DNA of 64,000 bases from NCBI GenBank assembly GCA_951406725.2, contig OX597815.1, positions 53,568,001-53,632,000 of the forward strand, in the 5' to 3' direction. Of the stretch, positions 12,292 to 24,999 are shown piece after piece. The stretch is from Octopus vulgaris. Lineage: Eukaryota. Every line of letters starts with the position of its first letter. Positions within the stretch are counted from its first letter, which is position 1. The notes beneath the pieces were generated by a model. That model was not told where the DNA came from. It ran no database searches and was given only the letters and a program-made list of their open reading frames with translations. The translations under genes were made by a program, and so were the position numbers.

Positions 12292-12971
12292 CACACACAC
12301 ACATACATACATACATTTTCCTATGCACCTGTATTTCAATGTCCAACTTACCACGTACCAAACGAGACACATTTAATAGTCTCGCACACACACATGTGCA
12401 CACACAAAAACAAACTACAGAAACCCAATCACGTACATATGACACATACATATTATACTGTACAAAATATCATACACACACAAAGATAAAGTTATAGGCA
12501 TACTCACACAATACACACACACACACACACGCACATTCACTCACAGAGCAGTGGATACACATATAAACAAATACACAACAACTTATGCACATATGCAAGT
12601 CTTCTTCACTCTGAATCTTCTGTTACTATCTTTCTTTCTCTTCCTTCCTCCCCCTATCTCTTTTTCCCTCTTTGCCTATCCGTCTGATACGCTTTCTCAC
12701 TACTTTTCTCTTTGTGTCTATGTCATTCTTTGTCTGTCTCTCTGTGTCTCTGTCTCAGTCTCTCTCTCTCTCTCTTTTACTCTCTCTCTCTCTGCAGCCG
12801 TGAGACCACTCCCACTATGAAATATATCGATGTTCAGTGGTTGCTGTCTGATTCCTATTGGATGCTTCTTCTTATTGCTGCTCTTCTCCTACTACGCACA
12901 ACGGTGACTTTGAACTTACCCATCTCATTCTGCTCATTATCCTCATCCCACCTCTCAATTCACATCGCTTT

Positions 12972-13165
12972 TCTTCTTCTTCTTCTTCTTCTTCTTCTTC
13001 TTCTTCTTCTTCTTCTTCTTCTTCTTCTTCTTCTTCTTCTTCTTCTTCTTCTTCTTCTTCTTCTTCTTCGTCTTCTTCTTCGTCTTCTTCTTCTTCTTCT
13101 TCTTCTTCTTCTTCTTCTTCTCCTTCTTCTTCTGCTTCTTCTTCTTCTTCTTCTTCTTCTTCTTG
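12972..13165. repeat. (CTT)n trinucleotide microsatellite followed by (CAT)n
   Basis: Directly visible; similar tracts at 37052-37485, 38605-38710 and 57166-57238. Confidence 0.97.
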
Positions 13166-13211
13166 ATCCTCCTCCTCCTCATCATCATCATCCTCATCCT
13201 CATCATCATCC

Positions 13212-13247
<36 letters not shown>

Positions 13248-14199
13248 CTATTATCTTCATAATTTTCTTTTTTATATTGTCGTTGTCCTTCATCATCCTC
13301 ATCATGATGATGGTGATAATAATAATAATGATAATGATGATGATGTATCTTTCTTCCTCTTCTTTATATTGTTCTTGTCCTTCTTCATCATCATCATCAT
13401 CTTCATCTTCCTCAGGGCATCATCGTCATCTTCCTTTTCTACTTTATAATTATTATCATCAGCGTCATCTTTTTTGTTTTCTCCGTGTTCTTCTACCATT
13501 CCCATCCTCCTGTTTTCATTTTTCGTTCCCCCACTCCAAGTCATACACACCGATTTGCATATCACTCACTTTTCTATCAGTTTTGACAGTGATCGCAATG
13601 ATGATGATGATAACGACGACGACGATGATGATAATGATGGACGAAGTGGGGCTGCTGGTGTAATGGCAGTGGCAATAACTACTTGTAGTGAAAGTTATAG
13701 CAATTCATTGCATTACTGTTCCTCATCATTTCCTTAATCATTAATTTTCCTTCCCTCTGTAACATTCCTACTATATTATATATCCCTGCATTCACTGCTA
13801 TACAGTATATCTGCTTTTATAGCTATCGTTACTACAATACTATTAGTCCTTCTAACGTATCTACAAAACTGTATGTATGTATGTATGTATGTATGTATGT
13901 ATGTATGTATGTATGTATGTATGTATGTATGAGCAAGTGCGTCACGATATATTTTCTACTGTACTCCCTACATTTAATCTTTCAAATATAAATCTTTATA
14001 TCTTTTATATTTCACTTGCTTCACTCATTAGATTGCGACCATGCTAATGCAACGCGTTCAAGGATTTACTCGAAAAAAATGGGCCCCAGTACATTTTTTT
14101 AATGCTGGTTTCATTTTGACGAATTACTAGCTTACAGGAGCGTTAATAAAACAAAAACAGTTGTCAAGTTTGTGAGGAACACAAATTCAAAGACGAGCG

Positions 14200-14390
14200 C
14201 GCCATGATAGATCGCTAGCCACTAAACCGTTTTTATTTTCTCTCCCTGTTTATTTCTGTTTTCCTTTCTGTCGAAGAGCGTAGGCTCGAAACCTAAAAGT
14301 CTTTCTCACTTCCCGAGCGTTAAACTAATACATCTGTTTGTAGTTCACACACCCGTCTTCGTCTTTTGTGTTCTTTGTAAATTTTCACTA
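14200..14390 (+). mobile_element. Solo 3' terminus (pseudo-LTR) of the Penelope-like family at 48675-50651
   Basis: gccatgatagatcgctagccact...gaagagcgtaggctcgaaac...gagcgttaaactaatacatctgtttg matches the reverse complement of 48680-48878; ends in (TA)n. Confidence 0.85.
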
Positions 14391-14479
14391 TATATATATA
14401 TATATATATATGATGATTGTTTCATCTTGATAGATGATAGCTGTCCCATCCACACACACATACACACACACATACACCA

Positions 14480-16905
14480 CACCCAATCACACAGCACAAT
14501 GCTTCCGCTGATGTGCCTTCAGATGACTTTTAAGACCAGTTACTGACTGACAGGGTTCAAAATACAAGTGACAGATATTATTCATGTTTCTTCTCTATCT
14601 TTGCCCTTTGGAATCTGATTCTGAAGGAATGTTTTTGTGAACTAGCATGTGTCTTTTAAGTCAAATTTTGTGATATAGGACACAAGTTGTAAGAGGCGGT
14701 TGGTGTTCAAGATTATTGCCTACCTGGGCATTTCGATTTTCATGTGACTTCGTGATTCACGTATCCTGCTTTTAACAACAGAACACGATCACACATAATA
14801 CATATCCAATGTTCACTGTTGATTTCACCTCCAATTTTTCCTTTGCGACAGGCTCTTTTGAGCTCAGAGCACTGAATCATCTTTTTCTCCCAGGCATTGC
14901 AATCAGTTCTAACAACCCTCTCCACTTGTTCAGATCCAGAACATCAATTTCCCAATCACTTTTGTTCATATCTAGTTTCTTCAGGTTTTCCTTCTCACAG
15001 TCTTTATACATTTTCCTTAGCTTATGTTGTGGTCGCTTACCAGAGTTGAGCTCACCATAAAAAAGACACTTTGGCAATTGCTCATCTTTCATACTAATAA
15101 TATGTCCAGCCCATCTTCTTTGAGCCAAGATAACATGGAGCTACAGCATTCCATGTGCAAAACTTCTGTATCTGGTTTGAAATATTCCCACTTGACTTCC
15201 AAGATACATCTGAGGCACTTTTGATGAAACCTCTCCAGAATTTTCATATGATGCCTGTAAGTGGTCCACGTCTCACTCGAATAAAGAAGTACTGTCAATA
15301 CACACGTTTTATACACACTGATTTTGTCTGCAGGAAAATACCTCTATCCGCCCACACTCTGTTTTTGAGCTTTCCAAATGCAAATATTCCCTTCCCTTAT
15401 TCTATAGTATATCTCGGCATCAAGATCACCGTCACTTCACAGTGTGCTTCCAAGGTAAACAAAGGTGTCAATGACTTCTAACCTTGTTCCATTCACAAAA
15501 ATGTTTGGTTCAGAATATGCTTTCCTGGCGTGGGAGTAAGCATTACTTTGGTTTTTTTCTAAGACCTTTTGTGAGTCCGAAATGTACACATACAGAAGTC
15601 AGCTTTCCGAGTTAATACAAAGTCAATCATTTGATCTTGCTTTGATCTTGGATGAACCCAGGTAACTTTATGCTTCAACTCATGATGAAAGAAAGTATTC
15701 CCAACAATCAACCCTTGCTCGGAGCACATTTGTAGCAAATGCAACCCATTATTGTTCACTTTTTCTATTCCGTAACGTTCAAGTATATTCCCAGCACCAT
15801 AGTCTCTACTAATACGTGCATTGAAGTCACCAAACACAACTAACTTCTCATTGAAAGGGACTGTCAGAATACTTCTTCTAAGCTCCTCATAAAATGCATG
15901 GATATTTTCCTCATTAGCTGAAAGCGTAGGAGCATAAATAGAGAAAACAGTTACAAAGTGTCCACAAAAAAGGGGTATCCGGAGTTTCATTATGCGTTTG
16001 TTTATGCTTTGTGGTTGTTCTAGGTCATTTAGCAAATCACTTCTGATTGCAAACCCAACACCATCTTCTCTTTTTCCTTCCTTCCGCTTCCCAACCTAGA
16101 ATAATGTAAAAGCGGCTGCTCTTTTGACAAGACGATCTTCATCTGAGTATCATGTTTCAGAGAGAGCTGCAATGTCAACATTAAGATGCCTTAGCTTCTT
16201 AGTTACAAGAGCTGCTCTTCTTTCAGACGTATCTGCTCGATCTAAAAGGCTTCTCACATTCCAACAGGCTAGGTTAGGAGAATCCTTATTCATTGCATAT
16301 TTGTTATCATTGTTTATATCAATTCTTTGTTAATTCCTGCTAAATTGGACCACCTTTAGCCGCAGTATACAAATCAGTAGAGAAAAGACAGACAATGTTT
16401 TGCGCACCTTTTCTAGCACCTTCACAGCATAACCAGGTGAGCAATGTTCTCATTAAAAGTGCTACTCAGACAAAGGATTCTCCACCGAAAATAGTTCCTG
16501 TCCATGAAAACATGCTAGCGATGTTAAGATAAGAATCCTGCCGCCTTATGTGCTGATTTGTATCTGTATGCTTCTAACCGGTCAAGTCAGTATATATCGC
16601 CACGCCTTTATCGCCATAGGACTTTTGAAAAGTGATGATTGTATGATGATGGTATTTTGTCGAGGACGTCTGTACTTCATTGGATTTCAGAGACAAACGC
16701 TTGTACAACAACACTTTTGCCACTTTCTGTAGAGAGTAGATTACAGTGATAAGCAAAGCAAGATGACTGGTACTAAATTGACTGCACGTTTTATGTCGGA
16801 GTACCTTCTAGGCTTTTCCTCAAAAGGGGAACTGCAAGCCAGCAGTGGTAAGTCAATTTGAATTCAGAATTTTATTCTCCTGTATTGGTTGTCCTAATCA
16901 CGGCT
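14480..16905 (-). mobile_element. RTE-clade LINE relic with both ends but internally deleted (endonuclease joined to RT C-terminus)
   Basis: APE motifs LACWNVRSL, DIAALSET, SIYAPT, GDFNARI, GNTFF..TWVHPRSK..IDFVL (about 16290-15590); then directly FGLT..KKTKVM..FVYLGS, YKTCVLTVLLYSSETW, RRWAGHI, LFYGEL; many stops/frameshifts; RTE-like 5' UTR 16300-16905. Confidence 0.9.
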
Positions 16906-17131
16906 TCGTTTCAAATCAGGAGCCCAATCTACCCCCATCAAACAGTCATGGTTTTGATAGGGCAGCCGATTAAGGGGACCGTCATTACCACATGTAGACA
17001 TCCACACACCCCCACACAAATACACACACAGAGAAACAATATATACAAATGTACACATAAAAAAAAGAAAAAAGATATAAAACATAAATTTTTTTACAAG
17101 CTAAAATTTTAAATATATATATATATATATT

Positions 17132-17517
17132 ATAGAAATATTAAAATTACTAAGTCTCTCTAAAAGAGATTACGGCAGCGTTACTGGACATTAATTGTTA
17201 TCGCCATATTAATATGGCAGCCTTATAGATATAAGACTAAAAGCTGTCACTGATTAGCTCCATGAGGCCATCGCCTTAAGATAGCTATTTGACACACAAA
17301 CTGTGTTCATTATAACCTTCGAACAAGGGAGGTCAGCCGCTTCACACTGCTAGTCAGACAGCTACAGACGTGTTTCAGGGTATTTGCCCTTTGTCAATGT
17401 AGCGTAGTCGACCCAGCAGGTGTCGCCACTGATAATCTCTGTTCGAAGGTTTTATTTACCTAGTTTCGGTGGAATACATCCACTTGTTTTCAATAATAGA
17501 AATATTAAAATTACTAA
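17132..17517 (-). mobile_element. ~364 bp HHR-bearing unit with terminal direct repeat
   Basis: atagaaatattaaaattactaa at 17132-17153 and 17496-17517; HHR at 17361-17403 on minus: gctaca-TTGACAA-aggg caaata ccct-GAAAC-ac-GTC-tgtagc (core decayed at two positions). Confidence 0.75.
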
Positions 17518-17802
17518 TCAATAATAATAAAGGGTAAAATTAATTAATTAATTAATAATTAATAATTTTACCGAGTAGTTCGGTATGTTAAAAGAACCAT
17601 TATCGGTAAACTTATACAAAAATTCTATAATTATGAGTATAATTATAATTAGGGTTCAGCAAAATTTGCTTCGCCACATACCGAAATTTCGAAATAGCAG
17701 TTAAACTACTATTCTACTACCATAAGATATCTCCCAGACAGCAATACTCAACGACTCACGCAGGTAAAGAGAAAAAATAACGAATCCACCCGGCTCTGAT
17801 TG

Positions 17803-17885
17803 ACTGTATACGCGTTTCGGATTTAGAGAAATGTGAGAAATATAAAATCATATCTCTACTCACCCATTCTCCTCATCAGTACAGT
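17803..17885 (-). ncRNA. Type-I hammerhead motif with intact core and extended stem II region
   Basis: actgta-CTGATGA-gga...(about 50 nt)...tcc-GAA-acgcgt-A-tacagt; 6-bp stem I, palindromic stem III as in Penelope-associated HHRs. Confidence 0.8.
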
Positions 17886-18094
17886 ATTTCAAGATTTTAA
17901 ATATGAGAGCACTGATAATTAACATACATATTTGACCAAGCATCATCAAACAGCATATATCCAAAGACCAGTACTTCCGAATTCAAACAGACGAATGAGA
18001 TCACGCATTCCTCTTCATTCACCTACGTGTGCTAACGAGTAAAAATTCCGCAGAAACTGCTGTTTACTACCAGGAAGAGAATTATATTATCAAT

Positions 18095-18350
18095 AATCGT
18101 GGTTTCAATTTCTAGACCGGGTGGTGCGTTGTGTTCTGGAGCAAAACACTTCATCTCATGTTACTCTGTGATCACTTCAACTCATGACATGTGGTACACT
18201 GTGCATCTGTCCAGGCAATGTTGATTTGATGGAGAGAGTGAACTAATGTACAGCACATACACTTGATCACTATAAACAAATCATTTGTGCAGGTTGTTCG
18301 GCAAAAGCTGAACACTCATACGTGTCGTCTTCGACGGGAGGGCCCATCAT
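18095..18350 (+). mobile_element. 5'-eroded tRNA-derived SINE with CORE-like segment
   Basis: B-box remnant ggtttcaatttctagacc followed by ttgtgttctggagcaaaacacttca. Confidence 0.55.
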
Positions 18351-18400
18351 GTCTATCTACCTAACTCTGTGTTTGTATGTGTATACATATATACATACAT

Positions 18401-19394
<994 letters not shown>

Positions 19395-19405
19395 TATATG
19401 CACAT

Positions 19406-19472
<67 letters not shown>

Positions 19473-19689
19473 TATACTGTATATTTTTATATACTTTTAC
19501 TTGTTTCAGGTATATTTGCCATGCTGGAGCACCACCTTCAACGGTTTTAGTCGAAGAAACCGACCCCAGGATTTATTCTTTGTAAACATAGTACCTAATC
19601 TATCTACTTAATATACAGGTCGTCAAGAGATATTAGTGGCGTGGGGGGGAGGACACAAACAGAGGCACACACACACACACACACAAATA

Positions 19690-20290
19690 TCTCTTGTTCT
19701 TCATCCTTTCTGGTTTCCTCTCCCACCCTTCCCTATTCTTTTCCTCTCCCCTTCACCGTTCCCTCTCTCTCACTCCTCCTCCTCGACTCTCTCGTCGCTA
19801 ACTCGTGATGAGAGAAAATCCATCTTTCCGACTACTACCTTCACAAAGACTAAACGGGCTTATCCAGTTTCTTCATAAGCTCGTCTACTTAAAAGTTCAG
19901 AATAATTTTTCCATCGTTTGTTTTTACTGTTTTGTTCTCATTGTTCTGTCTCATACTGTTTTTACTTTTTTGTGTGTTTACTGTTTTGTTCTCACTGTCC
20001 TGTTCTTGTTACCACTTTCACCCTCCGCAAAAAATCCCAAATATTATTTAATTTGCTTTGCGGGAAGGATTGTTTCAACGAAATTGCGTCTTGTCCTTAC
20101 GTTCGAACGCGGAGTAGATGAAACAGGGACAACTGAAGAAGGGGAATATTCTTTTTGTTGTATGTCTCATTTCTCTGTTTTTTTCGTTGCTTGAAAAAAA
20201 GTTCGTTTCTATGTTTTTGTCTTTATGTTTTCATTTCTCATTGTGTTCAACGTTTTTTTGATGTTCTGTACCCATATATGCATGTATATA
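19690..20290 (+). mobile_element. Retroelement 3' end (pyrimidine-rich leader then permuted HHR family 2 at 20067-20147)
   Basis: gcgt-C-ttgtcc ... gttc-GA(A)-acgc ... ggacaa-CTGAAGA; outer helix tgtttca/tgaaaca; architecture like the 3' UTR of the Penelope-like element. Confidence 0.6.
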
Positions 20291-20398
20291 TGCATATATA
20301 TGTGGGTATGTCCATATATGTATGTATATATGCATATATTTATATATTATTTATATTATTATATGATCGAACGCCACGCATCCTTTTCAAAGTAAGTT

Positions 20399-20478
<80 letters not shown>

Positions 20479-20654
20479 TTATCTATCTATCTGAGTCACT
20501 TCAACACAACCAAAGAATTCTATAGGCGATTAGTGGAGGGGAGGTACGACGACGAGCTCAGGGCGAACCTGGACGTCGACGAGGAATACCTCACCCGCCT
20601 GTTCAGGACGACTTTCGGGCCAGGGCCCATGACAACTTCCAGATATATATATAT

Positions 20655-20950
20655 ATGCAGATTTGTATGTTTTGCTTTACGTATGTATTCTCAGGCATAT
20701 ATTTGCATATATAGACATGCTCATATACATTTAAATGATAAATTTCTGGAAAGTGATGGATTGGATCTGTAGTCTTCGAATTTGCTTTCTCCTTTCTGAT
20801 TTTGAGAAGCCTAATTTCTTACGATTGGTATTTAGGCAGTGTGTTACCTATCTCAGAGCCCTAATAATTACAGGTATAAACCTGAACTTGTAATCTGGAT
20901 AGAGTAACTGCAGATTTCTCAAAAGTTAAGCGTTTTCTTTTTCACCGATC
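20655..20950 (-). mobile_element. 3' fragment of a second RLE-type (R4/Dong/NeSL-like) non-LTR retrotransposon
   Basis: Minus strand LLRNLQLLYPDYKFRFIPVIIRALR*VTHCLNTNRKKLGF, matching the IP(V/I)I(I/V)GALG C-terminal RLE motif also seen at 5050-5090. Confidence 0.65.
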
Positions 20951-21074
20951 TTCAGCTTTATGTTAAGAAATGTATGTATGTATGTATGTATGTATGTATG
21001 TATGTATGTATGTATGTATGTATGTATGTATGTATGTATGTACGTATGTATGTATGTATGTATGTATGTATGTA

Positions 21075-21120
<46 letters not shown>

Positions 21121-21123
<3 letters not shown>

Positions 21124-21626
21124 AATTTAAACAGCAGATTGCAATGTTTCACCTAAAAGGAGAATTATAATTATCACTAAATGTGACCAGGGTGTTAAGA
21201 AACACCTACATTGCTAGAAATACGAGCTAAAATGCTCTAATACTGTAGTTAATGTACATGAATGAAAGCATATATACTAACAGAGACCTGAATCGTTCGA
21301 AAAACCGATCGAGAATTCTTAATCATGACGTCAGTTTCGCCAATTTTCGTTGCCTCATCAGTTAAGCCCGCTCGATCTCAGCTTTCTTCGGCTTGCTTCT
21401 CTATTAGTATATATGTTTTCATCATCCACATTAATTGATAATTTAGTGATTTTCTAATGTGTATACATAAAATTAATGTAAACAGTAGGTTGCAATGTTT
21501 CACCAAAGAGGAGAATTATAATTGTTACTAAATGTGACTAGGGTATTAAGGAACACTTAACAACCTAGTCACATTTAGTGACAATTATAATTTTCTTTTT
21601 TGATGTTTATATTAACACCCTAGTCA
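21121..21626 (-). mobile_element. Second copy of the ~351 bp HHR-bearing unit (about 1.2 units plus short inverted arm)
   Basis: aacagcagattgcaatgtttcacc at 21130 recurs at 21481; inverted piece cctagtcacatttagtgacaattataatt at 21564-21592; HHR on minus 21318-21366 cttaa-CTGATGA-ggcaac..attggc-GAA-actgac...ttaag. Confidence 0.8.
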
Positions 21627-21669
21627 ACACACACGCACTCTCACACACATACACACACACACATATATT

Positions 21670-22045
21670 TTATTTGTTTGAATCATTGGACTGCGGCCAT
21701 GCTAGGTTACCGCCTTAGTCGAATAAATCGACCCTAGTACTTAGTATTTTGCTAAGCCTGGTACCTGGTACTTATGCTATCAGTTTCTTTTGCCGAGCCG
21801 CTAAGTTATCGGGACTTAAACATACCAGCACCGGTTGTCAAGCGGTGATAGTGGTGGACAAACACACACACGCACGTACATACACTCTCTCACACACACA
21901 CATATATATATATCGGGCTTCTTCCAGTTCTCGTTTACCAAATCCACTCATAAGGTTTTAGTCGGCCCGAGGCTAAAGTAGCACACACTTTGTCAAGGTA
22001 TCACGCAGTGGGGCTGAACCTAGAACCATGTTATTAGGAAGCAAA
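21670..22045 (-). mobile_element. CORE-like SINE copy (family of 48161-48578)
   Basis: Colinear match including ctgcggccatgct, internal (CA)/(TA) microsatellite, ccaaatccactca, cacgcagtggggctgaacc. Confidence 0.85.
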
Positions 22046-22049
22046 GCTG

Positions 22050-22650
22050 TCCCCTTTTACTTTGCTTTCATGTCTACCGCAGCCTTTTTGTTTGCCCTTC
22101 ACCTTTGTTTTCTCTCTCCTCTCTCCTCTCAGTGTCATGTGATCATCCTATGTCTCCATCTAACTTCCTTTTTTTAGCTTCACTGCGGACCTATTCTGTT
22201 ACTCTTCTTGTGGTTCTCGCTTTCTCCTTTTCCAACATTGAGTGTTTTATTTTTTCCCCACCTTCGTTCTATCTTTCTTTCTTTCTTTTCATCTCTCCAC
22301 TTGCCTTTCCAGTCCTATAGGACATGGTTTTCCATTACGTTACTTTTACATGTCTTGTCCTAAAGTTGTCTCACAACCGTACGACCTTTATTTTGTTTGT
22401 ATATTTATATTTGTATCAACTACCTGTATCGTGTTTGTTTTCATCACTGTCCTCTGCGTTCGCTCATTATCCCCGGCAGCTTTTGCTGTTAACAACACCA
22501 AAAGTAACAATATTATCGTTAAAGGCGCGAAATTTTTATGATTTTCAAACGATAACTGATGAGGGAAGTGCATATCCATGTCTTGTGTGTAAATTTCCCG
22601 TTTGTTCCTTTGGCGTTCTGTTCAGTTTTTTAATATTATTATATAGATAT
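22050..22650 (+). mobile_element. Retroelement 3' end carrying permuted HHR family 3 (22495-22571)
   Basis: taacaat-A-ttatcgtt ... gcgc-GAA-attttta ... aacgataa-CTGATGA; stem I 8/8, stem III 6/7. Confidence 0.6.
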
Positions 22651-23649
22651 AACTTTTGACATCCTTGTAATCCTCATCCTTCATCTCTTCTGTCTTTTAC
22701 ACCCATCTACCAACCTTATAACTTTCCTTATTCTTTATTATCTTTCATTCACCTTTTCTATTTCTTCTATTTCCTTGTATCAGTTACCATATAACTTTTA
22801 CACCTTTTTCTGAAACATGTTCCCTTTATTTTGTTGTTCTGTCTTTCACTTAACACTTTGACAATCACTTAATGCTTCTTCTTTTCTTTTCTTTCTTTCT
22901 TTCTTTTCTCTTTCTTTCTTTTTTCTTTCTTTCTTTATTTATTTCTGTCTTTCTCTCTCTCTCTTTTTCTCTCTTTTTCTCACTCACTACCTTTCTCATC
23001 GTCTCTCACTCACTCATTCTTTTCCTTTTTAATTCCTTTTTCTTTTTCTATCTGTTTTATATTTGCTTGTCTGTCTGTTTGTCTGTCTGTTTGACTGTCT
23101 GTCTGTCAGCCTGCCTGCCTGTCTGTCTGTCTAGCTAGCTCCAAGTTTAGCATTTTTTTAATAAAAGACAATAGGCTTTGATTTAAGAGATGTTTGCTAA
23201 TACTTTCTAACGACTCATTTATGGCCCATCTATACTGATGGATTTTATCCTAATCATGAATCTTTTGCCAAAACTGAGCAGAAAGACTCAAGCAGAAGAG
23301 AACATATAAAATAACATTTTTACACAAACAATATGTAAGGCATGAAAAGAGACGCAAAACAATCCTAAGCTTCTGAATTTTCATTACGATGAACGTTGAT
23401 ATCTGAACGTTTATAAGGAAAGAAAATATGAACCAGACAATAGCAAAAATAATTCAGAATTTAGAAGACTTCATGTGACTCTGTAACTAGATATATAATG
23501 ATGATAGTTGTGAAATAGTTTTCTAAACCTATAGCAAACGGACATTATTTTGTTAAATACGATAGAAAGGTGGCGTACTCTTGGTGATCAACTGTCATAG
23601 GAGAGACAATTTCTCTCTCTCACACATACACACGCGCGCACGCGCAAGT

Positions 23650-24000
23650 AAGAACAGAAATGGGTTGACATTCACTACAGCTGTTTCAGACACGTTTTTA
23701 TTGATAAACAAATCAGTTAAATCATTAAAAAAAACCGTTTCCATTAGGTGAAATAAAATTTAAATCTAAAATTTAACATTTAAGATTTGGTTAATAAAGA
23801 AAATATGCTGACTCCCATATTCCGGTGAGGATCAAGAGAGCGGATATACAAATTATAGCACAACCTTCTACACATGTATTTCTTGGGATACTGCTCGTAT
23901 GATATGACACGATTGGCACAGTTATTGTTAGAAAAGTTGATTCTGCCGTTTCAAACGCTTCATACCGACCAATAGTGTATTAAAGTGCATATTTGCTCGT
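23650..24000 (-). mobile_element. Heavily decayed Penelope-like 3' end with degenerate type-I HHR (23671-23752)
   Basis: Minus strand ttcac-CTAATGG-...-GAAAC-agct-GTA-gtgaa; upstream RRLCYNLYIRSLDPHRN resembles the GIY-YIG C-terminal E.LYI..L.P.LN motif. Confidence 0.45.
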
Positions 24001-24999
24001 TGTTGGTTATTGTTCATTCATATTGTGGATTGTCGTTAATGTAGAGTTTATTGACACACAGGTTAAGACGAGCCTTAAAGTACACTATTCGATCATTTGA
24101 ATAAAACACTGAAAACCTAGTGTAGGTTTCACAGTTCATTATGATATTAATCCAATTTCGGTTTATGAATAAGTAATCAATGTGAGCTATAACACATTTC
24201 TTTTTATTAGTTTACCATTCGTTTTCTGGAAATTTCAATTTAAATACGACAGTCTCATTCTGATACAAGCTCATACTGGCGTTGACCTATCAATTAATGT
24301 AAGTACATTTGTGAAATATATGGTTCAAATTTTCACTACATCCAGTTCGCGCATTCATATCTCTTCCTATGATCAGGACATTATACTTTGGTAATTTTCG
24401 ACACATATTATTTTGATCATAGCAGGAGATCACTAATGATTTCTATTAAAGTAGTAATTACTATTCTAGGGCCTTTTATAAACTGTTTAATGTCCTGTCT
24501 GCTTTTGGGTTGAAAAGTATACCTACTCCATGGTTATCGCAGTGATAGTTTTTCATGCAGAGGTAACGAAATATCACGATGTTTGAAGACTAATTTATTA
24601 TGAAGTCAGTGTCCTTGAATATATATGATATCGATATTGAAGGCAATTGCTCCAGCTACTAATTCAAGAAATCGATTGACTGAATTCCGAGTTCTTATCT
24701 GTAGCCTGTTGGATGTGATATCTATGATCGCTAGTTCTGTAGATGTTAGAAGTGGTTTACTTTTAAGAAGTATATAACTCTGATGAAGGTAATTAATACA
24801 GATTCATCTTCCAGGATCTTTTAAGTTTCATCGTTGACTGTTACTTGAGTGATTCCTTTGACAAAGCAAACATCGACCGTACTGTTTGCTATGCCTTCTT
24901 TGATGGCGCTTTCCATTTAGTCAAATTCCTCACTTCGTTTGATCCTGTCAGAAATAATATCCATCTGGTATATCTGTTTGGGGTATAGGGATATGCAAG

